Part shown: positions 16,317-26,775 of the stretch, one piece after another
How positions within the stretch are numbered: the stretch's first letter is position 1
Layout: each line of letters starts with the position of its first letter
NCBI GenBank assembly: GCA_965601925.1
Contig: OZ271854.1
Span: 3,552,001 to 3,616,000 of the forward strand
Source: Alkalispirochaeta sp.
GTDB taxonomy: Bacteria > Spirochaetota > Spirochaetia > DSM-27196 > Alkalispirochaetaceae
Direction of reading: 5' to 3'
Length of the DNA stretch: 64,000 nucleotides
The notes under the pieces: generated by a model
Told to the model about the DNA's origin: nothing
Seen by the model: only the letters and a program-made list of their open reading frames with translations
The model's database searches: none
Position numbers and translations under genes: made by a program

Positions 16317-17585
16317 ATGACTGCAAACGACATTGAGCATTTCAGAGAATACATTACACAAATAGACACGATTTCTCCGCGCGCGCGTCCGCACTATGTC
16401 AGGTGGGTAAAAGAGTATGCGCAGTTTCGTGCCAAGCATTCCGATGAGATTGCGGACGCACAGATGTTGCCGGAGTTCAAAGCTGCACTCTACCGGACGA
16501 GGCGGGAGTGGCAGGTGAATCAGGCAGGCGACGCCGTGGCGATGTTCCTGAGGTTTTTGGACGCAACGCCAGCATCGGTAGAAACAGCGTCACGACAGGC
16601 CCGATCGTGGGAAGAACTACAGGTTCTCCTCATTCACACACTTCGACTCAAGGGCCGCTCACGGGCGACGGAACGGACCTACCTACAATGGTTCCGCACC
16701 TTTCGCTCATACTGCAACTCGCAGCGGCCCCCGACTCTCGATGATTCCCACGTTCGTTCCTTTCTTACGCATCTTGCTATCGACAGGTCCGTAGCGGTTA
16801 GTACTCAACGCCAAGCATTCAACGCTATACTATTCCTGTATCGTAACGTGCTGGAACGAGACATCAATTCGCTTCGCTTCGCAGTGAGTGCCCGTGCAAA
16901 GAAGCGCCTTCCCGTGGTGTTATCGCGCGAGGAGATCACATCAATATGCGGCTACATGAAGCCTCCGTACCTTCTCATGGTACGCCTCATCTATGGCAGT
17001 GGGTTGCGGCTTTCTGAATGTTTGGCGTTGCGTGTAAAGGATCTCAATACGAACGATGGAACAATCATCGTGCGTTCCGGTAAGGGCAACAAGGATCGAC
17101 TAACCGTTCTCCCGAAGTCACTCATTCCGGAGTTGAGAGAGCACGGTCGTTCGGTACGCGCGTTGTTTGATCAAGACCGTGCTCTTGGCAACCCCGGGGT
17201 TCCGTTGCCCGGCGCTTTGGCAACGAAGTATCCGAACGCCGGGACAGAGTGGGGGTGGTTCTGGCTCTTTCCGTCGCAACGTCTCTCCGTCGACAAGCGA
17301 ACGGGCATGTCGGGTCGATATCACGCCTATCCATCGAGTTTACAGCGCGCTTTTCATCGTGCCGTCGCCGCGGCGGGAGTCGCGAAACAGGCGTCGATCC
17401 ACACGCTCCGCCACAGTTTTGCAACGCATTTGATCGAGGCGGGATACGATATCCGTACCGTCCAGGAGTTGCTCGGCCACAACGACGTGAGTACAACCAT
17501 GATTTATACGCACGTGGCCACTCGTAACAATCTGGGTGTTGTTAGCCCTATGGATCGTCTTCGTCGCGTGGACGATCTGCACTGA
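16317..17585 (+). CDS. intI: Integron integrase
   Basis: Tyr-recombinase YGSGLRLSE, GKGNKDR, HTLRHSFATH, LLGH..V.TTMIYTH plus the IntI-specific insertion ALATKYPNAGTEWGWFWLFPS; GGAGGTG RBS. Confidence 0.96.
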   Translation: MTANDIEHFREYITQIDTISPRARPHYVRWVKEYAQFRAKHSDEIADAQMLPEFKAALYRTRREWQVNQAGDAVAMFLRFLDATPASVETASRQARSWEELQVLLIHTLRLKGRSRATERTYLQWFRTFRSYCNSQRPPTLDDSHVRSFLTHLAIDRSVAVSTQRQAFNAILFLYRNVLERDINSLRFAVSARAKKRLPVVLSREEITSICGYMKPPYLLMVRLIYGSGLRLSECLALRVKDLNTNDGTIIVRSGKGNKDRLTVLPKSLIPELREHGRSVRALFDQDRALGNPGVPLPGALATKYPNAGTEWGWFWLFPSQRLSVDKRTGMSGRYHAYPSSLQRAFHRAVAAAGVAKQASIHTLRHSFATHLIEAGYDIRTVQELLGHNDVSTTMIYTHVATRNNLGVVSPMDRLRRVDDLH

Positions 17586-17846
17586 GAGACTCGGATGGAA
17601 TCGACACAAGTGGATGCATTCCGCAGATCGACGGTAGCAGGACGTGCCATCGTACGGTTCGCGAAGCGGGTCGTGAGAGCTCGCTGATGGATATCGGGTC
17701 CTCGGCACGCATGGGACACGCGGTTCGATTCCTCGGTGCGACGGCGTTTCTGGCGTCCGGCGCCCAATGCCTTCCTTTGGGCATCTCGTATACCCTTTTC
17801 GATCGACATCGGATCGATCGGTCAACCGATAATTCCGAAAGCGAGC

Positions 17847-17877
17847 AAAAAAAGACCGCCCCGTCTCGGAGCGGTCT
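17847..17877 (-). terminator. Rho-independent terminator after amt-glnK
   Basis: AGACCGCTCCG-AGA-CGGGGCGGTCT followed by a T run on the minus strand. Confidence 0.8.
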
Positions 17878-17904
17878 ATGCAGAAGAATTGTATGAATCG
17901 ACGG

Positions 17905-18246
17905 TCAGCCGATCGCTTCGGTACCGGTTTCGCCGGTGCGTATGCGAATGACGTCGTCGAGGGGCACGACGAAGATCTTGCCGTCGCCGATCTTACCCGA
18001 GCGCGCACCCTTGACGATTGCGTCGATCGTCGGCTGCACGAACTCGGAGTTGACTGCGATCTCGAGGCGGACCTTCTTGAGCAGGTTTACTTCGATGTCG
18101 ACGCCTCGATAGGTTTCGTGATAGCCCTTTTGCTGTCCGGCGCCCATCGCATTCGTCACCGACAACTTGAACACTTGGGCCTTGTAAAGCTCTTCCTTTA
18201 CATCGTTCAGCTTATGCGGCTGGATGTAGGCAACAATCAATTTCAT
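17905..18246 (-). CDS. glnK: P-II nitrogen regulator
   Basis: T-loop [29 protein letters not shown]; co-transcribed with amt. Confidence 0.93.
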   Translation of the reverse strand: MKLIVAYIQPHKLNDVKEELYKAQVFKLSVTNAMGAGQQKGYHETYRGVDIEVNLLKKVRLEIAVNSEFVQPTIDAIVKGARSGKIGDGKIFVVPLDDVIRIRTGETGTEAIG

Positions 18247-18267
18247 AGTGTATAGCCTCCCTCGTCC

Positions 18268-19575
18268 TTACATGTTGGAGAAGATCTGGAAACCGCTGTA
18301 GGACTCCGCACCGTGTTCCGATATGTCGAGGCCGAGCATCTCTTCTTCTTCCGAAACGCGCAACAGGTTGGCGGCTTTCAGAATGCCGAAGAGGATAAAC
18401 GCAGTCACGACGACCCATACGAAGACCGCGGCAATTCCCAACAGTTGCACGCCCACCTGGCCGCCTCGCGAAAGTCCACTGCCGATCTTTTCCAGATCAC
18501 CGAAGAGACCGACCGCAAGAGTACCCCATGCACCGACGACACCGTGAACCGAGATCGCTCCGACCGGATCGTCGATGTGGAGCACCTTATCGAGAAACTC
18601 TACCGACATGACTACGATGACACCGCCGATCAGACCCACGAGAATCGATGCGCCGGGACTGATGACCCACGTTCCGGCGGTGATCGCTACGAGCCCGGCA
18701 AGCGCGCCGTTAAGCGACATCGATGGGTCGGGTTTACCGAACCAGATCCAACTGGTGAACATCGCGGCGATAGCGCCGGCGGAGGCGGCAAGCGTCGTCG
18801 TTGTTGCGACGTATGCGATATCGGTATCCATTCCGGCGAGAGTCGAGCCCGCGTTGAATCCGTACCATCCGAACCACAAGATGAATACACCGAGCGCCGC
18901 TAAGGGCATACTATGGCCCTGAATGGCCTTGACCGTGGTTTGGTCGCCGATCTTCACGTATTTGCCGCGCCGCGCCCCGATGAGAATTGCGCCGACGAGG
19001 GCCGCCCACGCTCCAACGGAGTGTACGACGGTCGAGCCGGCAAAGTCGTGAAATCCCAGACCTGAGAGCCAGCCGCCGTTCCAGATCCAGTGACCGCTGA
19101 TAGGATAAATCAGTCCGCTGATCACGACCGAGTAGAGCAGATACCCCGCGTACTTTGTCCGTTCGGCCATTGCGCCGCTCACGATGGTCGCGGCGGTGGC
19201 GGCGAATACGACTTGAAAAAACCAATCACGGAACGTCGCGCTCTCGGCGCCTGAAAGAAAGAACTGGTCTGAGCCGATGAATCCCCCGACGCTCGATCCG
19301 TACATAAGCCCCCAGCCGATGGCGAAGTAGGCAATCGCTCCAACTGAGAAATCCATCAGATTCTTCATGATGATGTTTCCCGCGTTCTTTGCGCGGGTAA
19401 GCCCCGTTTCCACCATCGCAAAGCCGGCCTGCATGAAGAAGACCAACGCTGCGGCAATGGTAAGCCAGATCATATCGAAAGCGGCAACTACCTCAGGTAG
19501 CACCTCTTGTCCGACGACCTGGCCGACGGCAAGCACGGCAAACAGAGCCGCAGCGATGAATAGTCGACGTTTCAT
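18268..19575 (-). CDS. amt: Ammonium transporter
   Basis: FFMQAGFAM.E.G, DFAGSTVVH, LWFGWYGFN, DDPVGAISVHG. Confidence 0.96.
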   Translation of the reverse strand: MKRRLFIAAALFAVLAVGQVVGQEVLPEVVAAFDMIWLTIAAALVFFMQAGFAMVETGLTRAKNAGNIIMKNLMDFSVGAIAYFAIGWGLMYGSSVGGFIGSDQFFLSGAESATFRDWFFQVVFAATAATIVSGAMAERTKYAGYLLYSVVISGLIYPISGHWIWNGGWLSGLGFHDFAGSTVVHSVGAWAALVGAILIGARRGKYVKIGDQTTVKAIQGHSMPLAALGVFILWFGWYGFNAGSTLAGMDTDIAYVATTTTLAASAGAIAAMFTSWIWFGKPDPSMSLNGALAGLVAITAGTWVISPGASILVGLIGGVIVVMSVEFLDKVLHIDDPVGAISVHGVVGAWGTLAVGLFGDLEKIGSGLSRGGQVGVQLLGIAAVFVWVVVTAFILFGILKAANLLRVSEEEEMLGLDISEHGAESYSGFQIFSNM

Positions 19576-19619
19576 AATACACTCCTCTCGTACGACAAAC
19601 GTAATTCGCTTTCGTAGTA

Positions 19620-19636
19620 AGTAATATCTATGCCAA
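19620..19636 (-). promoter_or_regulatory. Putative sigma54 promoter of amt-glnK
   Basis: TTGGCAT-AGATA-TTACT (-24 GG intact, -12 deviates from TTGC). Confidence 0.5.
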
Positions 19637-19796
19637 CGTCAGTGTTGATTTATGTGTTATCGACTACGTTTCGGTAAGTTTCTTACACAAGAGCATTTAG
19701 ATAGAGCTATATGGTACGAAGTGCTGATTCTTCGTTCAACGTACGCGTAGAGTGTAATTCTTTTTCCTACACAAATGTGGATAAAAAACGTCTTTA

Positions 19797-21359
19797 TTAC
19801 ATCCGTGTACGAAATGCTTTGGGATCGATGTTGTGTTTTTTGATGCGTAGCCCCATGATGCGCTCGGTGACGTCGAGCATTCGCGCGGCTCGCGCCATGT
19901 TCCCCTTCGTCGATTTCAGGGCGTCCATGAGGAGCTCTCGCTCCAAGTTGTCCAGCGCTTCTTGAAGTGAGCCGCGCACCTGGGTGTTGGTGCTCTCGGC
20001 GGACTGCAGACTCGGCGGGAGGTGGTGTGAATGGATGACGCCGTCTACGCTTAGGAGCACCGCCCTTTCAATACAGTTTTCAAGCTCTCGGACGTTTCCG
20101 GGCCAGTGATAGTTCATGAGTAGATCGATGGCCGGCGTCGAGATACGCTGGATCGGCTTGTGGTTGGTCTCACCGTACTTATCCATGAAATGATCACCCA
20201 ACAGCAGGATGTCGTCACGACGTTCCCTGAGAGGCGGAATATGAATCGGGAATACGTTGAGTCGATAATAGAGGTCTTCGCGAAAGCGAGTCTCCTCCAT
20301 GAAGCTCTCCAGATCGCGATTGGTGGCCGCGATAACGCGTACATTGGTGCGGATCGTCTCGTTGCCGCCGACGCGTTCGAACTCCTTCTCCTGGAGGACG
20401 CGCAGCAGTTTCACTTGCGTCATGGGCGAAAGGTCGCCGATTTCGTCCAAAAAGATCGTCCCACCGTTTGCGATCTCGAAACGACCTTTCCGTGTCGTGA
20501 TCGCTCCGGTGAAGGCACCTTTTTCGTGGCCGAACAGTTCGCTTTCGATCACCGTCTCCGGGAGGGCGGCACAGTTAACCTTGATGAGCGGTTTTGCCGC
20601 ACGCGGGCTGTTATAGTGGATCGCCTGGGCGACGAGCTCTTTGCCGGTACCGCTTTCGCCCCGGATAAGCACCGTCGCGTCGCTTTTGGAGACTTGAGCC
20701 ACCATATCGAAGACGTGCTGCATCGCCTTACTGTTACCGATGATGTTCGACGGTCGGAAACGTTCCTCGAGCTCACGATGGAGGCGGCTGTTCTCCTCCA
20801 GAAGTTGCTCGCGCTCCTCCATGACGTTCTGACGTATCTTGACCGCCTGGGCGATCATGGACGCCACGACGGTGAGAATGCGAACGTCATCCTGGAGCTT
20901 GCTCTCGCCGATGAACTCGCGGTCGACGCTGAAAGCGCCGACCGTCTCGTTGCCGATCTTGATGGGGACGCAGATAAATGAGATGTCCTGATACTGGCGG
21001 CCTCTACGCGCGCCGGTCTTGTTGAGAAAGTCGGGCTCCTCGCTGATTCGCGGAATCACTTTGGACTGGCCGCTCTGGACGACCTTACCGGTTATGCCTT
21101 CTCCGAGCTTATACCGCCCTCTCTGTCGTTCCGTGGGCGTGAGACCGTAGGCCGCTTCGATCAATATCTCTCCCGTCTTGCGGTTCAGGAGCGTGATCGT
21201 CCCGCGCAGCATGCCCAGGTGATCGGTAACCGCAGTCAGGACCGGCTGGATTACCTGCTTCAGGTCCAAGCTCTGATCGAGAATTTGGCTAATTTCAAAT
21301 AGCAAAGAGAGTTCTTCGATTTTTCCGCGGTAGCCGCTGTCTTCGTATGTGGAGTTCAT
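19797..21359 (-). CDS. NifA-like sigma54 enhancer-binding protein (GAF-AAA+-HTH)
   Basis: GAF domain, [37 protein letters not shown], Fis-type HTH; start may extend to 21401. Confidence 0.92.
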   Translation of the reverse strand: MNSTYEDSGYRGKIEELSLLFEISQILDQSLDLKQVIQPVLTAVTDHLGMLRGTITLLNRKTGEILIEAAYGLTPTERQRGRYKLGEGITGKVVQSGQSKVIPRISEEPDFLNKTGARRGRQYQDISFICVPIKIGNETVGAFSVDREFIGESKLQDDVRILTVVASMIAQAVKIRQNVMEEREQLLEENSRLHRELEERFRPSNIIGNSKAMQHVFDMVAQVSKSDATVLIRGESGTGKELVAQAIHYNSPRAAKPLIKVNCAALPETVIESELFGHEKGAFTGAITTRKGRFEIANGGTIFLDEIGDLSPMTQVKLLRVLQEKEFERVGGNETIRTNVRVIAATNRDLESFMEETRFREDLYYRLNVFPIHIPPLRERRDDILLLGDHFMDKYGETNHKPIQRISTPAIDLLMNYHWPGNVRELENCIERAVLLSVDGVIHSHHLPPSLQSAESTNTQVRGSLQEALDNLERELLMDALKSTKGNMARAARMLDVTERIMGLRIKKHNIDPKAFRTRM

Positions 21360-21648
21360 CACCAAGCTCTGATGAAAAGCTACCTCATTGTATGAAAACA
21401 CACAAGGGAGGGAATAAGGTGGGAATCATACCGGGATGTAGGCCGCTCGTGCGACAAACGTCCAAGACGTGTTGAGTGACGACGGCGGCGCGGGCACATC
21501 AGACGCTCGACGGCCGACACAACACACGCCACATACTCGGCGCTCAGCCGCTGAGCCTCAATAGCAGCGCCCCGGCGTGCTGAGTGCCCGGCGACGCCGC
21601 CATCCTACGCTTCGAGTTACCACACGCGTCGGCACAAGACGCGCCGCC

Positions 21649-23430
21649 TTATGTGTCCAGATAGCCCTCGTAGACGATTTTCTCTTCGCCGTCCAGGCTG
21701 ATACTCTGATTGTGTTCGAACTGTCGATACGCATCGCGCACATCGGAAACGAAGACGAGCTCGGGATTGATCGACCGTATCTCTTCGACGTTGAGCTCCG
21801 GTTTGTTCTCGACGATGACGCCGCGCACGTGGCGCAGGAGCGGTCTATACTCGTCGGTCAGATTGGGAACGAGAAGGATCTCCGCCCCGTTGAGCTTGAG
21901 ACGTTGTTTGGCCTGCTCGTAGTTCTTGGCCTTGACGATGTTACCGCTGCAGATCGCCCCAAAGCCGCGTTGGCCACGATTGAGGATGTTCCCCATGAAG
22001 TGCACTTTGATGGTGTTCATCATGATGGGGCTGTTGAGGGGAATACCCGCGGCGGTAACGACTTTGTCATTGCGGCGAACATATCCCTTCTGGAGCGCGA
22101 GGCGCAGCGCATTCTGGATCATACTGTCCGAATCGTTTACGTACTCGGCGAGAATAGGGTAGATGCCCCAGTGAAGCAGGAGCTGGCGATAGACGATCTC
22201 CGAGGTCGTTACCGCAATCACCGGTTGTATCGGGCGATACTTGGACAACAGGCGAGGGCTGTTTCCCCGTAGACTCGGCGCGACGATCGCCGCCGCCTCC
22301 ACATCGGTAGCGACGACGTATGCCGCCTTTGTGATCGCGTCGGCGATGTCGTTGCTCGACTTATGAAAGTAGAAGTACTGCTTGCTGCGTTCGATGTACT
22401 CCTGCGAGCGCTCCACCTCGACGGCGATGCGGTGCAGCGTACGTACCGACTCGACGGGATACTTCCCGCCGGCGGTCTCGCCCGAGAGCATGACCGCATC
22501 GGTGCCGTCGAAGATAGCGTTTGCCACGTCGGTGAGCTCCGCGCGCGTCGGCTTCGGGTTGTTGATCATCGAATCGAGCATTTGCGTCGCGGTGATGACC
22601 GGTTTGTTCTGTTGATTGCACTCGCGAATAATGCGCTTTTGAGCGAGCGGTATTTGTTCGGTTTCCAATTGGACGCCCAAGTCGCCGCGGGCGACCATAA
22701 CTCCCGATGAGAGGCGCGCAATCTCGCGAATGTTGTGCAACCCCTCCTCATCTTCGATTTTGGAGATGATGCGGATCGGCGCCTTCGCGCGATCGACGAT
22801 TTGCTGAACGGTCTGCACATCCTTCGGTTTACGAATAAAGGATGCTGCGATGAAGTCCATGCCCATCGTGACGCCGAACTCGATGTCCGCGACATCCTTC
22901 TCCGTTACCGCCGGGAGCGCCGTCTTGACGCCCGGGACGTTGACGTTCTTGCGGCTGCCGATCGTCCCGCCGTTGCGGACGACGCAATGAATGCGGTTAT
23001 CGCGGATGTCGGTCACTTCCAGGTCGACCAGTCCGTCGGCGACGAATACGTGTCCGCCTACCTGAACTTCATACGGGAGGTTGTGGTAGCTCACCGCGAT
23101 CATGTGCTCGTCGCCCTCGATCGCATCGGTCGTCAAGATGATAGGCTCGCCGCGAACGAGCGTGATCGTTCCGCCGCCCTTTATGAGGCCTGTGCGAATC
23201 TCCGGCCCCTTTGTATCCAGCAGGAGCGCCACAGGTAGCCCCGTCTCGCGACTCGCCTGCTGCAGCATCTCGATACGCCCTTTCTGTTCTTCATGTGTTC
23301 CGTGACTAAAGTTGAAACGGGCGATATTGAGTCCCGCTACAATGAGATCCTTCATCGTTTCCAGATTGTCGACGGCGGGTCCCATAGTCGCGACGATTTT
23401 CGTTTTTCTCAGCATAGACATCATGTACAC
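21649..23430 (-). CDS. pyk: Pyruvate kinase with C-terminal PEP-utiliser-like extension
   Basis: RKTKIVAT.GP, RFNFSHG, DTKGPEIR, MVARGDLG, ATQMLDSM, MLSGETA; exact start among several nearby Met codons uncertain. Confidence 0.95.
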   Translation of the reverse strand: MYMMSMLRKTKIVATMGPAVDNLETMKDLIVAGLNIARFNFSHGTHEEQKGRIEMLQQASRETGLPVALLLDTKGPEIRTGLIKGGGTITLVRGEPIILTTDAIEGDEHMIAVSYHNLPYEVQVGGHVFVADGLVDLEVTDIRDNRIHCVVRNGGTIGSRKNVNVPGVKTALPAVTEKDVADIEFGVTMGMDFIAASFIRKPKDVQTVQQIVDRAKAPIRIISKIEDEEGLHNIREIARLSSGVMVARGDLGVQLETEQIPLAQKRIIRECNQQNKPVITATQMLDSMINNPKPTRAELTDVANAIFDGTDAVMLSGETAGGKYPVESVRTLHRIAVEVERSQEYIERSKQYFYFHKSSNDIADAITKAAYVVATDVEAAAIVAPSLRGNSPRLLSKYRPIQPVIAVTTSEIVYRQLLLHWGIYPILAEYVNDSDSMIQNALRLALQKGYVRRNDKVVTAAGIPLNSPIMMNTIKVHFMGNILNRGQRGFGAICSGNIVKAKNYEQAKQRLKLNGAEILLVPNLTDEYRPLLRHVRGVIVENKPELNVEEIRSINPELVFVSDVRDAYRQFEHNQSISLDGEEKIVYEGYLDT

Positions 23431-23490
23431 TATTGGAAAACGGTACGCCTTTCCAGCCCCGCCGTGCGGTCCGCCGGACCCGGTTCGGCG

Positions 23491-23970
23491 TTACGGGAGA
23501 GACTCTTCGGCTTCCTCGCCCGCCGTTTCGGCATCGGCAAGGAGAAATCCGTACTCCCTGGAGGAGACGACATCTACCGTCTCCTCCTCAAGCTCCTCTT
23601 GATCGAGCATCGCGTCGATCTCCCGGAGGACATGGTTGTGGGCATGGAGCGTACTATCGAGCTTGTCGTGATAGGCGGACAGCGAGTCGGAGAAGCCCGC
23701 TCCTTCCACGGAGACGGTCTCGAGAAACTCGGTAAACGCGGTAACGGTTCTTCGAAGGGAGCGTAGATACGCCGAGCGATTAATGAGATACGTATTATCT
23801 TTGAGGGACGAGAACGTCCGCATGAGAATCGCGTCGATAAAGAAGATGTCCTCGACGATCTTATCTTTGAAGTATTCGGGATCAATATCGAGTTTCAGAC
23901 CCGCGGCAACGGTACGTAGGATTGAATGGATAAAGAAGAGGTTGTCGTCGTAGTGCACTTTCGACGCCAT
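23491..23970 (-). CDS. Conserved-looking hypothetical protein
   Basis: 159-aa ORF with AGGAG RBS, host-like codon usage, acidic tail. Confidence 0.7.
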   Translation of the reverse strand: MASKVHYDDNLFFIHSILRTVAAGLKLDIDPEYFKDKIVEDIFFIDAILMRTFSSLKDNTYLINRSAYLRSLRRTVTAFTEFLETVSVEGAGFSDSLSAYHDKLDSTLHAHNHVLREIDAMLDQEELEEETVDVVSSREYGFLLADAETAGEEAEESLP

Positions 23971-23990
23971 CGATACTCCTGCTATCTACC

Positions 23991-24019
23991 TTGACATACG
24001 CGGTGCCGTGTGGTACCGT
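23991..24019 (+). promoter_or_regulatory. sigma70 promoter of the rpsF operon
   Basis: TTGACA-N17-TACCGT with TG extension. Confidence 0.6.
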
Positions 24020-24026
24020 CGCGCGA

Positions 24027-24082
24027 CCTTCTTGCTATCATCGAATGGTATCAGAATGGTAGTCGCAAGTCCATAAGGAGGG
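24027..24082 (+). ncRNA. Putative S6:S18 ribosomal-protein leader
   Basis: CCTT-CTTGC...GCAAG-TCCAT-AAGG stem with a CC-containing internal bulge sequestering the AAGGAGG RBS of rpsF. Confidence 0.5.
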
Positions 24083-24086
24083 ACAT

Positions 24087-24368
24087 TTGAGAACTTATGA
24101 AGCGATGTGCGTGTTTCGTGCGGGTCAAGAGGCCTTCAATGCCGGTGTCGAGACCGTACGAGCCGAACTCGTCAAACTGGAAGCACAGATCGAAAAAGAG
24201 GAAGACATGGGGATACGACCCCTCGCTTTTCCGATCAAGAAGCAACTTCAAGCACATTACTATTATTACGTCTGTAAGTTGGAACCGGAAAAGGCCCATC
24301 AGATCGAGAACGCGGTTCGTCTCAAGGATGAGTTGTTGCGTTTTCTGATGGTGCGCCGAGACGACTAA
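24087..24368 (+). CDS. rpsF: 30S ribosomal protein S6
   Basis: MRTYE...MG.R.LAFPIKK...AHY...LLRFL; TTG start; precedes ssb-rpsR. Confidence 0.93.
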   Translation: MRTYEAMCVFRAGQEAFNAGVETVRAELVKLEAQIEKEEDMGIRPLAFPIKKQLQAHYYYYVCKLEPEKAHQIENAVRLKDELLRFLMVRRDD

Positions 24369-24385
24369 TAGGGAGATTACCCGAC

Positions 24386-24832
24386 ATGGCAGACATCAAC
24401 CACGTCGTACTGGTGGGACGACTCGTTCGAGACGCTCAGTTGAAATACACCAATAGCGGACTTGCGATCTGTGAGTTCTCGATAGCGATTAACAACCGCC
24501 GTAAGCAAGGCGACGAATGGGTAGATGAGCCGAATTTTTTTGACGTGACGCTATTCGGTAGACAGGGTGAGGCGATCCAACGCTATTTGACGCAGGGCAA
24601 GCAGGTCGGCGTCGACGGTCAGCTTCGGCAAGATCGCTGGCAAACCCCGGAAGGCCAGAATAGAAGCAAGGTGAGTGTCGTCGCCAACAACGTCATGCTT
24701 CTGGGCAGCCGTGAAGGAGGCTCGGGAGGAGGGCAGGCGAGGACGCAGGATACGCGTCCCGGCCGCGCAAGCGGTTCGAAGAGTGACGACGGATTCGGGG
24801 GGGACGATTTTCCCGACGGGATTCCGTTTTAG
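24386..24832 (+). CDS. ssb: Single-stranded DNA-binding protein
   Basis: N.V.LVGRL.RD, OB fold, Gly-rich linker, C-terminal D.IPF. Confidence 0.96.
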   Translation: MADINHVVLVGRLVRDAQLKYTNSGLAICEFSIAINNRRKQGDEWVDEPNFFDVTLFGRQGEAIQRYLTQGKQVGVDGQLRQDRWQTPEGQNRSKVSVVANNVMLLGSREGGSGGGQARTQDTRPGRASGSKSDDGFGGDDFPDGIPF

Positions 24833-24874
24833 CTCCTACAACGACAATCACGTGAGAACACAAGGAGGATAGAG

Positions 24875-25171
24875 ATGTCCGACGAGAATAGAGGTAGAGG
24901 TTACGACGACGACAGAGGTGGGCGCGATGATCGCGACGGCGGACGCGGATTCCGTCCCCGCGGTCGCTCCCACTTTCGCAAGAAAGTCGATAAGATAAAG
25001 ACACAGAATCTTATCGTTGACTACAAACATCCCGAGATACTACGCCGCTTCCTCACCGAGAGCGGGAAGGTGTTGCCGCGTCGCATTACCGGCACTTCGG
25101 CCAAGAATCAACGCCGGCTGGTCCGGGAGATAAAAAAAGCACGGTACCTCGGCCTGTTGCCGATGGGTTGA
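24875..25171 (+). CDS. rpsR: 30S ribosomal protein S18
   Basis: DYK....[22 protein letters not shown]...IK.AR..GLLP. Confidence 0.95.
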   Translation: MSDENRGRGYDDDRGGRDDRDGGRGFRPRGRSHFRKKVDKIKTQNLIVDYKHPEILRRFLTESGKVLPRRITGTSAKNQRRLVREIKKARYLGLLPMG

Positions 25172-25184
25172 TGCACCTACGCGC

Positions 25185-26138
25185 ATGAACGAGGCCGGAA
25201 AACTATACCGGAGGGCGGCTCCCCTATTGGTTTCGGCGATCGGGAGCGCCGTGCTGTTTTATTCCGGCATCTTTGCGTTTTTGTTTGCCGTGCCGGTGCA
25301 GGTAGCGTATACGCGCCGCGGTCCGCTCTACGGTGCCGTAAGCGCCGCTACCACCGCAGCGGTGATTATCACCGTGCATCTGGTGCAGGTGTTGCGCTTT
25401 GAGGCCGTCGGCGCCGAGATGGTTCGGGTGCTTTTTTTGGATTCGTTGATGCCCGTCGGACTTTTGGCGGGTCTAAGCGTGTTCAACGTGTACAAAGGTC
25501 GTCCGTGGTGGGCGCGCCTGCTCGCGGGGAGCGCCGTGGCGATCGTGGCCACGATTCCTTCTTTGAGAATTCTGGCGCAGGTTTCGGCAGGTGACGGACC
25601 GTTTTCCGATCAATTGGAGGCCCTGCTTGAGGTAGTCGGCTTCTCCGGCGATCCGGCGATGTGGATTTCGGCGGTGTACGACATCGTCCTCAACACGATC
25701 GGCCTCGGCATTACCGCCGCCATTGCCGCTAACTGGTGGATCGGGCGTGGCATCGTCTTTCGCGGGTACGGCATCGCCCAAAGCTTGCGGACGGCGCGCG
25801 TACCCGATTCATTGATTTGGGTCGTCATCGGCGGGCTCGCAATCGTCACCGTGACGTGGTTGGCGGGTCCCGAGTGGGCGGCACCGATAGGCTGGAACGC
25901 CGTTTTGATAGGGGCGTTTCTCTTCGGTATCCAAGGAACGGGGTTGACGCAGCACCTGTTGCGTCGCCGCGGAATGGGAGTACGGGGAGAGCGGTGGGTC
26001 CTGACGATCGCCATGGCGATGCTGTTTTTGCCGGGGCTCAACGTCGTTGCCGGAATCGGGCTCCCGCTCTTGGGTATGAGCGAATTATGGATAGACTACA
26101 AAAGGGGAGAGGAATATGAAGGTCATTCTGAACAGTGA
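25185..26138 (+). CDS. DUF2232/YybS-like membrane protein
   Basis: Multiple TM helices; conserved position between rpsR and rplI. Confidence 0.75.
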   Translation: MNEAGKLYRRAAPLLVSAIGSAVLFYSGIFAFLFAVPVQVAYTRRGPLYGAVSAATTAAVIITVHLVQVLRFEAVGAEMVRVLFLDSLMPVGLLAGLSVFNVYKGRPWWARLLAGSAVAIVATIPSLRILAQVSAGDGPFSDQLEALLEVVGFSGDPAMWISAVYDIVLNTIGLGITAAIAANWWIGRGIVFRGYGIAQSLRTARVPDSLIWVVIGGLAIVTVTWLAGPEWAAPIGWNAVLIGAFLFGIQGTGLTQHLLRRRGMGVRGERWVLTIAMAMLFLPGLNVVAGIGLPLLGMSELWIDYKRGEEYEGHSEQ

Positions 26139-26766
26139 TGTCGCAAACCTCGGGGAAGAGGGAGACATCTGCACGGTCGCTCCGGGATATGCTCGGAACT
26201 ATCTGCTGCCGCAGGGGCTGGTGCTCGAGTACAATGATCACAACGCGGCGATCATCGAGTCGCGCCGCGCCGAGATCGAGGCCAAGAAAGAAGACAAGCG
26301 TCGTCAGGCGGCGTCGATAAAGGACAAGATCGAGTCGGAGCCGGTGGTGATTCGCATGACCGCCGGAGCTAACGGAAAGCTCTTCGGGTCGGTAACCAGC
26401 GCCACGATCGTGGAGCAGCTTGCGGCCAAGGGTGTCGATGTCGAGCGTAAGAAGATTGAGATTCCCGAGAATAGCCTCAAGGCGACCGGTAACTACAAGG
26501 TGCGTATTCGCCTGTACGGCGACGGCGAGGCGACCTTGATGGTCACGGTAGAAGCGGAGAACGCCAAAGAGATCGAAGAGGCGAAGAAGAACGAAGCTGA
26601 GGCCGCCCAGACGGAAACGGCCGACGATGTCGCTGCCGACGACGAGGCTCAGATCGAAGAGAGCGCCGACGAGTCCGGAGACGCGGAGGAAGAGATCCTC
26701 GACCCGGAAGTCATGGCGATGCGGGCTGCGGCTGAAGAGGAAGCTGCCGAGACCGACGAGGAGTAA
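26116..26766 (+). CDS. rplI: 50S ribosomal protein L9 with acidic tail
   Basis: MKVIL..DV.NLG..GD...V.PGYARNYLLP, GKLFGSVT. Confidence 0.96.
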   Translation: MKVILNSDVANLGEEGDICTVAPGYARNYLLPQGLVLEYNDHNAAIIESRRAEIEAKKEDKRRQAASIKDKIESEPVVIRMTAGANGKLFGSVTSATIVEQLAAKGVDVERKKIEIPENSLKATGNYKVRIRLYGDGEATLMVTVEAENAKEIEEAKKNEAEAAQTETADDVAADDEAQIEESADESGDAEEEILDPEVMAMRAAAEEEAAETDEE

Positions 26767-26775
26767 TCCGCCCCG

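Noticed and set aside
19797..21359. NifA as evidence of nitrogen fixation
   Set aside because: No nif genes in the window; the context is amt-glnK
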